Below, in pieces: positions 28,694 to 38,493 of a stretch of 64,000 nt of DNA. How positions within the stretch are numbered: position 1 is the first letter of the stretch; each line of letters opens with the position of its first letter. A model generated the notes under the pieces. It saw only the letters and a list, made by a program, of their open reading frames with translations, was not told the DNA's origin and made no database searches. The DNA lies in assembly GCA_965219665.1 (NCBI GenBank), contig CBDCOD010000019.1, forward strand, positions 30,070 through 94,069, written 5' to 3'. The translations under genes and the position numbers were made by a program. This DNA comes from Gammaproteobacteria bacterium (GTDB taxonomy: Bacteria; Pseudomonadota; Gammaproteobacteria; CAKMZV01).

Positions 28694-31288
28694 CTAAAAA
28701 AGTTTGCGGCGCAAACTCTGTGCCTCTTCCTCACTTTGCGGCACATCAATAGCGGGCTCTAACTGCCTAACTTCTTGCTGAGGCAAGTTTGTACTACGAA
28801 AGATTTCAAAGGTAACATCTTTTGAACGTATGCCTTGGCCCGCAAGCAAGCCATTCTTTTTATTGATTTGCGCCGATACAATATTACTGGGCTTAGCTGG
28901 AAGTATCTCTGCTTCATCTTGCAATGCACTACGCATATAATCAATCCAAATAGGCAACGCCACACGACTACCTGATTCCTTATTGCCCAATGGAGCAGGC
29001 AAATCCTTACCAACCCAAACTGTTGCGATAGTCTGACTGTTAAATCCAGCAAACCATGCATCTACCTGATCATTCGTCGTGCCTGTTTTACCTGCAAGAT
29101 CTTTACGCCGCAATACACGTGCTTTACGCCCTGTTCCAACCTGAATAACATCATGCATGATATCACGCATAATGTACATGACATCTTCATCTAATACTCG
29201 TTTTGCTGTACCTTGGGTCCCCTCCGCACAAAGGGTACAAACCTCTAACCCTTTGTATTCATAAACACTATTACCTTCAGAATCTTCTATTCTTGCCACT
29301 AAATAGGGCTCTATCTGATAGCCCCCATTTGCAAAAACAGCATAACCTAAAGTAATATCCAGCGGCGACATGGGAACAGTACCCAATGCAATAGATAAGT
29401 CATTATGCTCCCTGAAAGTGGATTTTTTGTATCCAAATTTCTCCAGAAAATCAATTGTATAGCGTACACCAACCTGGTTCATTAAGCGCACAGACACCAC
29501 ATTGCGCGACTTAATCAATCCCTCCCTCAAGCGCGTAGGACCATAGTGACGACCTGAATAATTTGACGGCTGCCATAAGCTACCTGTTACACTATTTTCA
29601 AAGGTGACTGGCGCATCATTAATGACATGGGCAGCACTGTAACCTCGCGACAACGCTGCGGTATAAACAAAAGGCTTGAATATGGAACCAGGCTGGCGGT
29701 TTGCCTGCACAGCACGATTATATTTATAGTCACGAAAGCTGTATCCACCAATTAAAGCATCAATTTTTCCATTTTGCACGCGCATACTCACCAAAGCAGC
29801 CTGTGCTATCGGCGCAGTGTTTAAGCGATATTGCCCCTCATTCTGCTCTAAATAGATGACTGATCCAATAGGCAAAACGTGCTCTATACTCACCTCATTA
29901 CTCTCTTTCTCTATCAGCTGCCTTTGGTATTCAACCACGTTAACTAAAGTGCTAACCAACTCAACATGTGTCCCATCCGTTGATACGACGGCGATGAGCG
30001 TAGAGGCCTGTCCAAGAACTACAGTAACTGTTGTGTACTGTGGCTCATCGACCACACCGGGTAATGCCTCTCCCTCTACTAAAGACTCTACCGCTGGATA
30101 CGTGCTTAAGTCAGCACTCAGTGCCCAGTCTACACTTTCTTTAGGCAATCTAAGCATCGCAATTTGATTGCCTTCTACAGCTAATGCTACACCATTCTCA
30201 CTGTTATCAACAATAACGGCTCGCTTCAAATGCTCCACTCTTTTCACTGTTTGAATAGCTTGCTTGAGTAATTGCTCATCCCAATCGCCCGTGTTACCGA
30301 ATGAAAAAATCTTGGCAGGTCCTGGATACGGCTGCCTTCGATTATAGTTGAGCAGCTGTTTCTGCACGACAGTAGCCGCCGCGCTCTGGCGTGTCGAGCT
30401 AATTGTAGTAAACAGTTTATAGCCGCCTATATAAGCATCTTCTCCCAATATCTCCCTAGCCTTGATACGTGCCATTTCTGCTGCATGCCCTGCATCCACC
30501 TCAATATCCGCACCATGCAGTGAGGCATGCACAGATGTAGTTAACGCCTTATCATGCTCCCGCTTATCAATTAGCCCTTCGTTAAGCAAGAGTTTAAGGA
30601 TATGATTTCGACGCTGTTTAGCGCGCGATGGGTTGATAATAGGATTATAGGCTGAAGGTGCTTTGGGCAACCCAGCCAACATAGCTGCTTCCGCAATAGT
30701 GAGCTCTTTCGCTGACTTACCATAATAGGTCTGTGCTGCTGTCTCAAAACCATACGATCGATAACCCAGAAAAATCTTATTCATATAAAGCGTCAGAATT
30801 TCTTCTTTAGTCAATAGCTGCTCTAATCGCAGTGCAATAGCAATTTCACGTACCTTACGTAAATAACTTTTTTCTCTAGATAGAAAGTAATTGCGCGCTA
30901 GCTGCATAGTCAAAGTACTTGCACCTTGTGATTTTTTCCCCGTACGCACCAAAGCTACAACTGCACGCGTTAAGCTTCGCAAATCCACACCAAAGTGTTC
31001 AAAAAATCTTTTGTCCTCTGCAACCAGCAAAGCATCTTTTAAGTGCTGTGGAATCTCTTCATACGAGAGCAAATAGCGCCTAGTTGCACCTACCTCGCTC
31101 ATTAGTTTTCCATCCGCAGTATATATGCGCAATGGCACGCTCAAATCAATTTTTTTAATACTAGCAACATCTGGCAAACTAGGTTTTATTTCCGCATAAT
31201 AGTACCAAGTCGCACTGCCAAGAACCAGCACAGCTCCTGCAATACCTATCTGCACAAATAGACGAAAATATTTAAAAAAATGAGACAT
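28694..31288 (-). CDS. mrcA: penicillin-binding protein 1A (bifunctional glycosyltransferase/transpeptidase)
   Basis: 864 aa. N-terminal TM segment, the glycosyltransferase motif EDKRFFEHFG, and transpeptidase SxxK/KTG motifs. Confidence 0.9.
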   Translation of the reverse strand: MSHFFKYFRLFVQIGIAGAVLVLGSATWYYYAEIKPSLPDVASIKKIDLSVPLRIYTADGKLMSEVGATRRYLLSYEEIPQHLKDALLVAEDKRFFEHFGVDLRSLTRAVVALVRTGKKSQGASTLTMQLARNYFLSREKSYLRKVREIAIALRLEQLLTKEEILTLYMNKIFLGYRSYGFETAAQTYYGKSAKELTIAEAAMLAGLPKAPSAYNPIINPSRAKQRRNHILKLLLNEGLIDKREHDKALTTSVHASLHGADIEVDAGHAAEMARIKAREILGEDAYIGGYKLFTTISSTRQSAAATVVQKQLLNYNRRQPYPGPAKIFSFGNTGDWDEQLLKQAIQTVKRVEHLKRAVIVDNSENGVALAVEGNQIAMLRLPKESVDWALSADLSTYPAVESLVEGEALPGVVDEPQYTTVTVVLGQASTLIAVVSTDGTHVELVSTLVNVVEYQRQLIEKESNEVSIEHVLPIGSVIYLEQNEGQYRLNTAPIAQAALVSMRVQNGKIDALIGGYSFRDYKYNRAVQANRQPGSIFKPFVYTAALSRGYSAAHVINDAPVTFENSVTGSLWQPSNYSGRHYGPTRLREGLIKSRNVVSVRLMNQVGVRYTIDFLEKFGYKKSTFREHNDLSIALGTVPMSPLDITLGYAVFANGGYQIEPYLVARIEDSEGNSVYEYKGLEVCTLCAEGTQGTAKRVLDEDVMYIMRDIMHDVIQVGTGRKARVLRRKDLAGKTGTTNDQVDAWFAGFNSQTIATVWVGKDLPAPLGNKESGSRVALPIWIDYMRSALQDEAEILPAKPSNIVSAQINKKNGLLAGQGIRSKDVTFEIFRSTNLPQQEVRQLEPAIDVPQSEEEAQSLRRKLF

Positions 31289-31641
31289 GATCTTTCAGTT
31301 ACAATCTGTAGTCATTGTACGGCATTGGCAACTATATTTTCTGACCCCTTTAACATGAACAGTCATATACGCTCATTCACCAATAAATATTAAGAATGCC
31401 ACTGGTAAAACCCTGCATTTGTATCTACACGGAAAACGAAAAATGAAACGCATAACCATCATAGGAACGTACTCCCAATTTATCAAAGCAGGTTCTCCTA
31501 AAGCAAAATTGCACGAGGCAACCACAGGGCAAATATTAGAAGAAACAGACCGCTCTGCTTATAATGCAGAAATACATAGTAATGGTCATGCCAGTCAGCG
31601 CATTGTAAAGACGCTACTACAGCAACCTTGCTAACCTATCA

Positions 31642-32808
31642 GTGAATAGTATCATGGCAAAAAAAATAGTTTTTATTACGCCACATTACGTAAATCAGAA
31701 GCGCCGCACAGGGTTTTACTGGCTTGCCGATGGCTATCATCAATTGGGCTGGGAGGTGCTTTTCTTTACAGCACCTTTTAGCTTTATATCTATACTCAAT
31801 CGCGATAACCGCTTACAGTACGGTTTGTGGGAAAATCGTAATAAATGGACCGAATATAAACCTTCATTTTTCTCTTACATCCACTTTTCTTGGCTGCATA
31901 AAGTAGACTTATCACAGTCTCCACTCAAAAAATTGGGGCAATGGATCAACCCTCTATTATCCTGGCTAGTCGACAGAACACCTCTCTCATTTGGCGCAAG
32001 TCATGCTTTCATTGCCTCAGCAGATATTATCGTATATGAAAGTGCCCCTCCTTTAGAATGGGCTAAACATATCCGAAAAATAAATCCAAACGCACAATTT
32101 GTCTATAGGGTATCAGATGATTTAGATATACTGCGTGTACATCAGGACACCAAAGCATTTGAGCGGCACAACCTCCATTTATTTAACTATATCAGTTGTC
32201 CCTGCCAGGCGATTTATGCCAAATTGCAGCGCTTTAATCAGCAGGCTTGCATCTACTTAGACTACCATGGGATTAACAAAATTTATTTTTCACAAAAAAC
32301 CGTCAATCCTTTCGCAAACTCACAGTATAAAAAACACGCTGTTTTTGTTGGTATTAGTCATATAGACTATCACTTTCTACGCCATGCCCCCTCTGTTTTT
32401 CCTGATTGGTCTTTTCACTATATTGGCCCCTTAGAGGAAAACATAAGCAGCGAGAATGTTACGCTGCATGGTGAAATCCCTTTTGAGGAGACCATTCCCT
32501 TCATTCAGCACGCACATATTGGACTACAGGCATGCCAATATGCACCAGGGGCTGAAACACTAACCGATAGCCTCAAAGTGCTGCAATATACCCACTGTGG
32601 TTTAGCGATTGTCGCCCCCGATTTTTTGCAAACCAGCCGCCCTAATACGTTCTATTACCAGCAAGGTTCTGAGGTCAGCATACAAAAGGCGTTACAACAA
32701 GCAGGAACTTATTCAAAAGAGCAAGACACGACAGACTACCAAATTCAATCTTGGGAAGAATTGGCTAAAAAAATAACAAAGTGCTTAGACGCTCAATATC
32801 AGCAATGA
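31642..32808 (+). CDS. hypothetical protein, possible GT-B glycosyltransferase
   Basis: N-terminus KIVFITPHYVNQKRRTGFYWLADGY...GWEV resembles GT4-type starts. Weak. Confidence 0.3.
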   Translation: MNSIMAKKIVFITPHYVNQKRRTGFYWLADGYHQLGWEVLFFTAPFSFISILNRDNRLQYGLWENRNKWTEYKPSFFSYIHFSWLHKVDLSQSPLKKLGQWINPLLSWLVDRTPLSFGASHAFIASADIIVYESAPPLEWAKHIRKINPNAQFVYRVSDDLDILRVHQDTKAFERHNLHLFNYISCPCQAIYAKLQRFNQQACIYLDYHGINKIYFSQKTVNPFANSQYKKHAVFVGISHIDYHFLRHAPSVFPDWSFHYIGPLEENISSENVTLHGEIPFEETIPFIQHAHIGLQACQYAPGAETLTDSLKVLQYTHCGLAIVAPDFLQTSRPNTFYYQQGSEVSIQKALQQAGTYSKEQDTTDYQIQSWEELAKKITKCLDAQYQQ

Positions 32809-32822
32809 GCACGGAAACACCT

Positions 32823-33758
32823 TTAAGAAGGCAGTGATTCCCAAGGGTTTATCTTACCTAGAATTTCATACAGCCTTACATAACTCCGGTAGCGATCAGG
32901 GTCAATATAACCGTCTGCAACCGCCTTTTGAATAGCACACTTAGGCTCGTTCTTATGCTTACAATCACGAAATTGACAGTGCCCCAAATACGGCTCAAAC
33001 TCATCCCAGTACCCATCTAAATGCTCAGGCACATCAATATCCACCTCACGCACACCTGGGGCATCAACTACACTACCCGATGAGCTAGGGAACGGATGTA
33101 GAATGGTATGCGTTGTTGTATGCACTCCGTAGCCAGAATAGTCTGAAAGCTGCTTAGTCTTCAGGTGCAATCCTGGAATGAGCGCGTTACTTAAACTAGA
33201 TTTTCCAACACCTGATAACCCAACCAACAAAACGGTACTATTCTTTAGCATAACACGTAAGGCATCAACGCTGGCAGCACAATGGATACTACCTACCCAG
33301 CAATCCACAGCAGTTCCAGAAAAACGCTGTTTGATAGCTTGGCTCCACTCCTCAAAGCAAGCCAAGTCTGATTTATTTAGTAGCAGCACCGGGGTTATAT
33401 TTTGCAATTTCGCCGCTAATATCCATGTATCAATAAAATCCATAGAGGCTTTAGGAGCACAAGTAATGACAATACCGAGAATATCTATATTCGCAGCCAC
33501 CACCCTATTTTCACGCTTATGACGCAATCTGGCCACAACATTCTGACGCGCCATAATGTGGCGAATAACACCTGATTCTGCACGAACGAAATCCCCTGCA
33601 ATAGGACGTAATGATGCAGGATGTTTCAAAATTACTGCTTTAGGGACATCTAATGCCTGAACCGCCTCCAAAGGTTGGCACAAGGCATCTAAGCCAAAAT
33701 GAGCAAGCACCTTATGGGTTGCTCCATCTGTTAAATAACTATTATGCGATTTGGTCAA
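32823..33758 (-). CDS. rsgA: ribosome small-subunit-dependent GTPase A
   Basis: GLSGVGKSSLSNAL P-loop and C-terminal zinc finger CQFRDCKHKNEPKC. Confidence 0.9.
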   Translation of the reverse strand: MTKSHNSYLTDGATHKVLAHFGLDALCQPLEAVQALDVPKAVILKHPASLRPIAGDFVRAESGVIRHIMARQNVVARLRHKRENRVVAANIDILGIVITCAPKASMDFIDTWILAAKLQNITPVLLLNKSDLACFEEWSQAIKQRFSGTAVDCWVGSIHCAASVDALRVMLKNSTVLLVGLSGVGKSSLSNALIPGLHLKTKQLSDYSGYGVHTTTHTILHPFPSSSGSVVDAPGVREVDIDVPEHLDGYWDEFEPYLGHCQFRDCKHKNEPKCAIQKAVADGYIDPDRYRSYVRLYEILGKINPWESLPS

Positions 33759-34098
33759 TTTTTGCAGCTAAGATAAGATCATTTATGCTGAGACTTTGGA
33801 TGCTATGTGTTGTGTATTCAACACGCAAGCAACTATACTCCAAAGTCATTTTGGGATGGTGGTTATACTGTTCTGCTAGCAATACGACACGTTGAAGCAA
33901 AGCACACAGCTCAATATATGGCTGATAAAATGTACGCTCTATAGAGCGATACGTTAATGATACCTGCCAGTTCGGAATCTGCTGCATGAGCCCATCTATT
34001 AATGGAATATTGAGTACACTATCCCCCTTACATACAGGACGCACCTGCTGCGCCAACAACGGCATATTAATTAAGTCAATTTTATTGATACCTCTCAT
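33742..34098 (-). CDS. phhB: pterin-4-alpha-carbinolamine dehydratase
   Basis: 118 aa. EQYNHHPKMTLEY matches the PCD [E]-x-H-H-P signature. Confidence 0.7.
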   Translation of the reverse strand: MRGINKIDLINMPLLAQQVRPVCKGDSVLNIPLIDGLMQQIPNWQVSLTYRSIERTFYQPYIELCALLQRVVLLAEQYNHHPKMTLEYSCLRVEYTTHSIQSLSINDLILAAKIDQIA

Positions 34099-34116
34099 TA
34101 TTTTTATTGTAGCGTA

Positions 34117-36309
34117 CTATTGACTAAATCCTTGAGAGCGATCAAACAAAATTTGTCCCGCCTCTTTATGCCCCACTGATATTAAGCCCTTGAAAACCAA
34201 CTCAATACGAAATTCGCTGGGTCTCTCATCCAAACTGGTCTCTTCTAAACTGCCTAAACGACTATCCACAAAAAAATTCAATTGCCAGCAACAGTCATCA
34301 TAACTAAAACCAAGCAGTAAATCATTTAAGCGACTTCCGTCAATACTATAATTTACTAAATGAGAGAAACGCCAGTTAGCATCAAGTGCCACGCTGCTAC
34401 CAAAAGCAAGAAAGCGGAACAAATTATTAGACTCCACATTACCCTCACGCAAGAAATTTAGACGTGCCGCACTGTTACGTTTTTCCACTAAAATATTTGC
34501 ACTGAAAAAATTGACTGTCTGCAAATCATCACTCCATTGTGCAGCGGTATCTATATTCCAAATATTTTGTCTATATACAATCTCAGTAAATATATCTTCA
34601 AAAGGCTGGTTATTAGAACGGGTAACCGTTGGGGTTGTTATATCGAAATTTCTACCAATACTGGCACGAATGTAGCTTTGGGAGGGCAGGTGAATGGCTT
34701 CTTGATTAAGCGCAAGCACAAAACGATTAGCATCACCCATCCGATCTTCACCATTAAAAACTAAAGGGTCATATAGTTGCTGTAATACAGTAATCGTTCT
34801 GTTACTAGCATCAAAACTAGGCAAGTGATCTTGGCGAACAAAAGGCACATAAATATAGTGGACTGTTGGAATCAGTGTGGTCTGAAAATCTCCACGCAGC
34901 CAGCTAGGAGTATTCTCAATATAGAAATCAACTCCCGTATGCATGTAAGCATTAGCAAAACTAAATGTTGTGTCCCCATCACTATTTTCTCTCAGCAGCT
35001 GATAGTGATTATAGCGACCACCTGCTTCGGTTTCTATGCGGTAACTACTTTTAGTATAATGCCAGCGCCAATAAGGATTCAGCACAAAACGCTGCCCTTC
35101 AGCGCGCTCTGTCTGCACTGTATCAGGATTGACAAACTGTGCGTATTGACCCCTGAATGTAAAAGTAGAACGGCCTTCTCTATCAATATATTGTGTATGA
35201 TCAACTTGAGGCAAACGTTGAAATGAGTCTAATTGTGGATTACTAAGAGACAAATTATCTCTAACCGATAACCGTGTACGAAATGCAGGTTGAGTGAATG
35301 TTAAGTATGCAAAACGCTCAAATGAACCTGATGGTCTATCTTCAAAAACATTAGGGGCGTTGTCATGAAAATTTCTCGGCGTATAGCGTGCAAAACGCGT
35401 ATTAAATGTGAGTGCTTTCGTAAAATTAGTTTGATGCCTAATAAAAAAACGACTGAAATCTCTTGATTGGTTATTGGTGCTATTTAATATCGGATCATCT
35501 TGCAAAACAGAAGCCCGAATAACACCTTTTGAAGAAGCAGTAAGATAACGTCCTTCTCCAGACAACAACGTACCACGATTATCTAACCATGTTGCATATA
35601 GCGTCGCATCATAATTAGGAGCCAAGTTAAAGTAAGCACCTTGATGATAGAAGGCAGCCTGCTCATTGTTACTATTTGCAGGCGTATAAGTACCAAAGGT
35701 AGGCAATAACAACCCTGAAGTCCGCTTGAGGCTAAAATGCAGGTATGGGGTGTAGAAAAATGGTACCTGCTGGAACCACAATGTAGCATCCCACGCAGTA
35801 ACACGCTCCTCTTCACGGTTATAACGCAACTTAGAAGCAGCCGCATGCCAAGCAACTGTCTCGCGCCTCCCAGGACATACGGTAATATAGGATGGTTCAA
35901 CAACTGCATGAGTGTCCTCATAACTGGCCTCATCCGACCAAATACGGTAGCGTCCCTGCTGCAAAAAAACATTATTTAAGGCATGAAAGCGACCTGTTCG
36001 AGGGGTAAATTGGAGACTATCCGATGCTATATCCATTTCAGGGTGATTCACTGATACACTACCTTGTGCTGTATAGCCTACCTTTTGACCACCCAAAAGC
36101 ACTTGACTCTGTATGCTAATATTTTCAGGCCTGGAAGTTAGCGGAGGACATAGCGCAAATAAACCCTCCTTAAGATCCACCTTTGACTCAGCTAAAGCAG
36201 TCAAAGTTAGGCTACAAAGCATATATGATATTAAAATGAAGCGAATTTTTTTACACACCAAAATAGTACACGAATAGTTTGACCGGAGATAGACTGTAGT
36301 AGTTGACAT
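34117..36309 (-). CDS. lptD: LPS-assembly outer-membrane protein LptD
   Basis: 730 aa beta-barrel-type protein with a signal peptide. Conserved synteny with the amgK/murU pair. Confidence 0.8.
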   Translation of the reverse strand: MSTTTVYLRSNYSCTILVCKKIRFILISYMLCSLTLTALAESKVDLKEGLFALCPPLTSRPENISIQSQVLLGGQKVGYTAQGSVSVNHPEMDIASDSLQFTPRTGRFHALNNVFLQQGRYRIWSDEASYEDTHAVVEPSYITVCPGRRETVAWHAAASKLRYNREEERVTAWDATLWFQQVPFFYTPYLHFSLKRTSGLLLPTFGTYTPANSNNEQAAFYHQGAYFNLAPNYDATLYATWLDNRGTLLSGEGRYLTASSKGVIRASVLQDDPILNSTNNQSRDFSRFFIRHQTNFTKALTFNTRFARYTPRNFHDNAPNVFEDRPSGSFERFAYLTFTQPAFRTRLSVRDNLSLSNPQLDSFQRLPQVDHTQYIDREGRSTFTFRGQYAQFVNPDTVQTERAEGQRFVLNPYWRWHYTKSSYRIETEAGGRYNHYQLLRENSDGDTTFSFANAYMHTGVDFYIENTPSWLRGDFQTTLIPTVHYIYVPFVRQDHLPSFDASNRTITVLQQLYDPLVFNGEDRMGDANRFVLALNQEAIHLPSQSYIRASIGRNFDITTPTVTRSNNQPFEDIFTEIVYRQNIWNIDTAAQWSDDLQTVNFFSANILVEKRNSAARLNFLREGNVESNNLFRFLAFGSSVALDANWRFSHLVNYSIDGSRLNDLLLGFSYDDCCWQLNFFVDSRLGSLEETSLDERPSEFRIELVFKGLISVGHKEAGQILFDRSQGFSQ

Positions 36310-36314
36310 AGTGC

Positions 36315-37298
36315 ATGAATAAGCAAGACGACATTTTACGAGATAAGCTGCTAAGAGATAGGCAATTACACAACTGGCTATTATCTATTGGTGTACCCGA
36401 ACACATGCAACCAATAGCCGGTGATGCAAGTAATCGCCGCTTTTTTCGTGTTAAATGGGGCAACAGCACTGCTATTGCTGTTGATGCCCCGCCACCATTA
36501 GAAAATATTCAAGCCTTCATTGACCGCAGCACTCTATTTGCAAAAGGACAACTTCTGCGCTCCCCCGCATGTTACCAAGCTCATACTGAAAAAGGATTTG
36601 CGCTGATTGAAGACTTTGGAAACATCATGCTTTTAGAGAAGCTGCAACAAGATGAAAAATTCCTATATCATTGCATTGATGCACTGATTGAATTACAGTC
36701 TTTTACAGCAGATACAGCCACCCCCCTTTATACACCAGCACTCCTCCAAGAAGAAATGCAGCTATTTAACATGTGGCTTATTGATACGCATCTGGGCATG
36801 AATATTCCTGAGAACTTAGATTTTTCAGCACTACAAAATCGTATACTACAGGAAATTAGTACACAAAATACATGCTTAGTACATCGGGATTTTCATTCTC
36901 GCAATCTTATGCACTGTCAAAACTTCTTTGGAGTGATAGACTTTCAGGATGCTTGTATAGGAAGCCATTTTTACGATTTAGCGTCGCTATTACGCGATGC
37001 TTATGCTCAAGTAAGCGCTATAGAGCCCTATTTGCAGTATTACCATGAACACAGCACTTTAACACACAACAATCTATCCACAAGCATAGAACAATTTAAC
37101 TGGATAAATATACAGCGACAGCTCAAAGTTGCTGGTATCTTTGCACGCCTGCACTGGCGTGACGGCAAAGCAAACTACTTACCCTATCTACCGCGTGTAT
37201 TGACTTACCTATCAGATTCTTTACACATGGTTGGCGAGCATACATGGCAACACTGGATAACGCAAATCAAGCACGCCCTTATAGCACAAGAGAACTAA
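36315..37298 (+). CDS. amgK: aminoglycoside-phosphotransferase-fold kinase (AmgK-like MurNAc/GlcNAc anomeric kinase)
   Basis: VHRDFHSRNLM Brenner motif. Divergent from lptD and followed by a nucleotidyltransferase, as in the Pseudomonas amgK-murU locus. Confidence 0.65.
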   Translation: MNKQDDILRDKLLRDRQLHNWLLSIGVPEHMQPIAGDASNRRFFRVKWGNSTAIAVDAPPPLENIQAFIDRSTLFAKGQLLRSPACYQAHTEKGFALIEDFGNIMLLEKLQQDEKFLYHCIDALIELQSFTADTATPLYTPALLQEEMQLFNMWLIDTHLGMNIPENLDFSALQNRILQEISTQNTCLVHRDFHSRNLMHCQNFFGVIDFQDACIGSHFYDLASLLRDAYAQVSAIEPYLQYYHEHSTLTHNNLSTSIEQFNWINIQRQLKVAGIFARLHWRDGKANYLPYLPRVLTYLSDSLHMVGEHTWQHWITQIKHALIAQEN

Positions 37299-37997
37299 AT
37301 GCACGCAATCATTTTATCAGCAGGACGTGGTGAACGTCTCAGGCCACTAACGGACGACACACCCAAACCTCTTATGTCTGTAGGTAATACGACGTTGATT
37401 GAAAGACATATAACTGCTTTAGCTAAGGCAGGATTCAGACAAATAGTCATCAACGTACATTGGTTGGCGCACAAAATCATGAACTACCTTGGTGATGGCT
37501 CATCCTATGGCATTGACATTATATACTCGCGTGAAAGTGAAATGTTAGGTAGCGGTGGTGGCATTAAACAAGCATTACCTTACCTGACTACAACGCCTTT
37601 TTTTGTTGTCAACGCTGATATTTGGATACAAGAAGATTTCGGCTTTGTAGCACATCATCTACAAAACTGTCAGGAAAATTCTCAACAATTAGGGCATCTT
37701 TTTTTGGTAGATAATCCACCACATAACCCATCAGGAGATTTTTTGCTGCATGACGGTTTAGTGCATGATGGCAAACAAAATGGACTGCGTCATACCTTTA
37801 GCGGCATGAGCATCTTATCACCCCAACTATTTGCCCTAAGCGCTGCCGATAACACACAATTTTCATTAGCGTCCCTATTACGTCAAGCAATGACTACTCA
37901 GCAAATCAGTGGGCAACTGCTTCGTATGCGTTGGTTGGATGTCGGTACAAAGGAGCGTTTAGATCTTTGTAGGAGCTGGATGCAATCAGATAGTTAA
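37299..37997 (+). CDS. murU: N-acetylmuramate alpha-1-phosphate uridylyltransferase (MurU-like nucleotidyltransferase)
   Basis: MHAIILSAGRGERLRPLTDDTPKPL sugar-nucleotidyltransferase N-terminal motif, 232 aa. Confidence 0.7.
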   Translation: MHAIILSAGRGERLRPLTDDTPKPLMSVGNTTLIERHITALAKAGFRQIVINVHWLAHKIMNYLGDGSSYGIDIIYSRESEMLGSGGGIKQALPYLTTTPFFVVNADIWIQEDFGFVAHHLQNCQENSQQLGHLFLVDNPPHNPSGDFLLHDGLVHDGKQNGLRHTFSGMSILSPQLFALSAADNTQFSLASLLRQAMTTQQISGQLLRMRWLDVGTKERLDLCRSWMQSDS

Positions 37998-38012
37998 TGT
38001 TTCGTATCTGTC

Positions 38013-38492
38013 CTACCCGTTTAGTGCCGTTGCGCTAACTAAAATCCCATCCTCATCAGCAGCAATCCAGTGGTTCGGGTGTATATGTGCCCCTAAAAAA
38101 TGTAGCGGTATATTAATCTGACCCTCTGAGCGCTTTACACTCTTGGTCGGGTTCGTATTAAGCGCCATCACACCGATAGGCATTGTGCCAATCACCGCAC
38201 TATCTCTAATACAACCAAAAATAACAACACCCTCCCAGCCATTATCAACCGCCAACTGTGCAATGTTATCGCCCAATAAAGCGCAGCGCAGGGAGCCACC
38301 CCCATCAACAACTAAAACACGTCCGTCCCCATTTTGTCCCAGAGTATCCCGAACCAGCGTATTGTCCTCAAAAAGTTTTAGCGTCACGATATAACCAGAA
38401 AATTGACGATTTTGACCAAAATGGCACAAGGCTGGCGTTAAAACCTGTACTTGGTCACTATGGGCATCATATAAATCAGCTGTTGTATGCAT
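38013..38492 (-). CDS. rraA: RraA-family protein (ribonuclease E inhibitor / 4-hydroxy-4-methyl-2-oxoglutarate aldolase family)
   Basis: RraA/MenG-like fold. The start is probably at MHTTADLYDAH (38492); the ORF track extends it to 38543. Confidence 0.7.
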   Translation of the reverse strand: MHTTADLYDAHSDQVQVLTPALCHFGQNRQFSGYIVTLKLFEDNTLVRDTLGQNGDGRVLVVDGGGSLRCALLGDNIAQLAVDNGWEGVVIFGCIRDSAVIGTMPIGVMALNTNPTKSVKRSEGQINIPLHFLGAHIHPNHWIAADEDGILVSATALNG

Positions 38493-38493
38493 A

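Noticed and set aside
28697-28720. Perfect 8-bp palindrome AGTTTGCG/CGCAAACT between convergent acs and mrcA
   Set aside because: It lies inside the 3' end of the mrcA coding sequence, and its 1-nt loop is too tight for a hairpin. Not called as a terminator.
31419-31634. 71-aa ORF with an N-terminus vaguely like UDP-GlcNAc 2-epimerase (KRITIIGTYSQFIKA)
   Set aside because: It is too short and the similarity is weak. It could be a gene fragment or spurious, and no domain can be supported.
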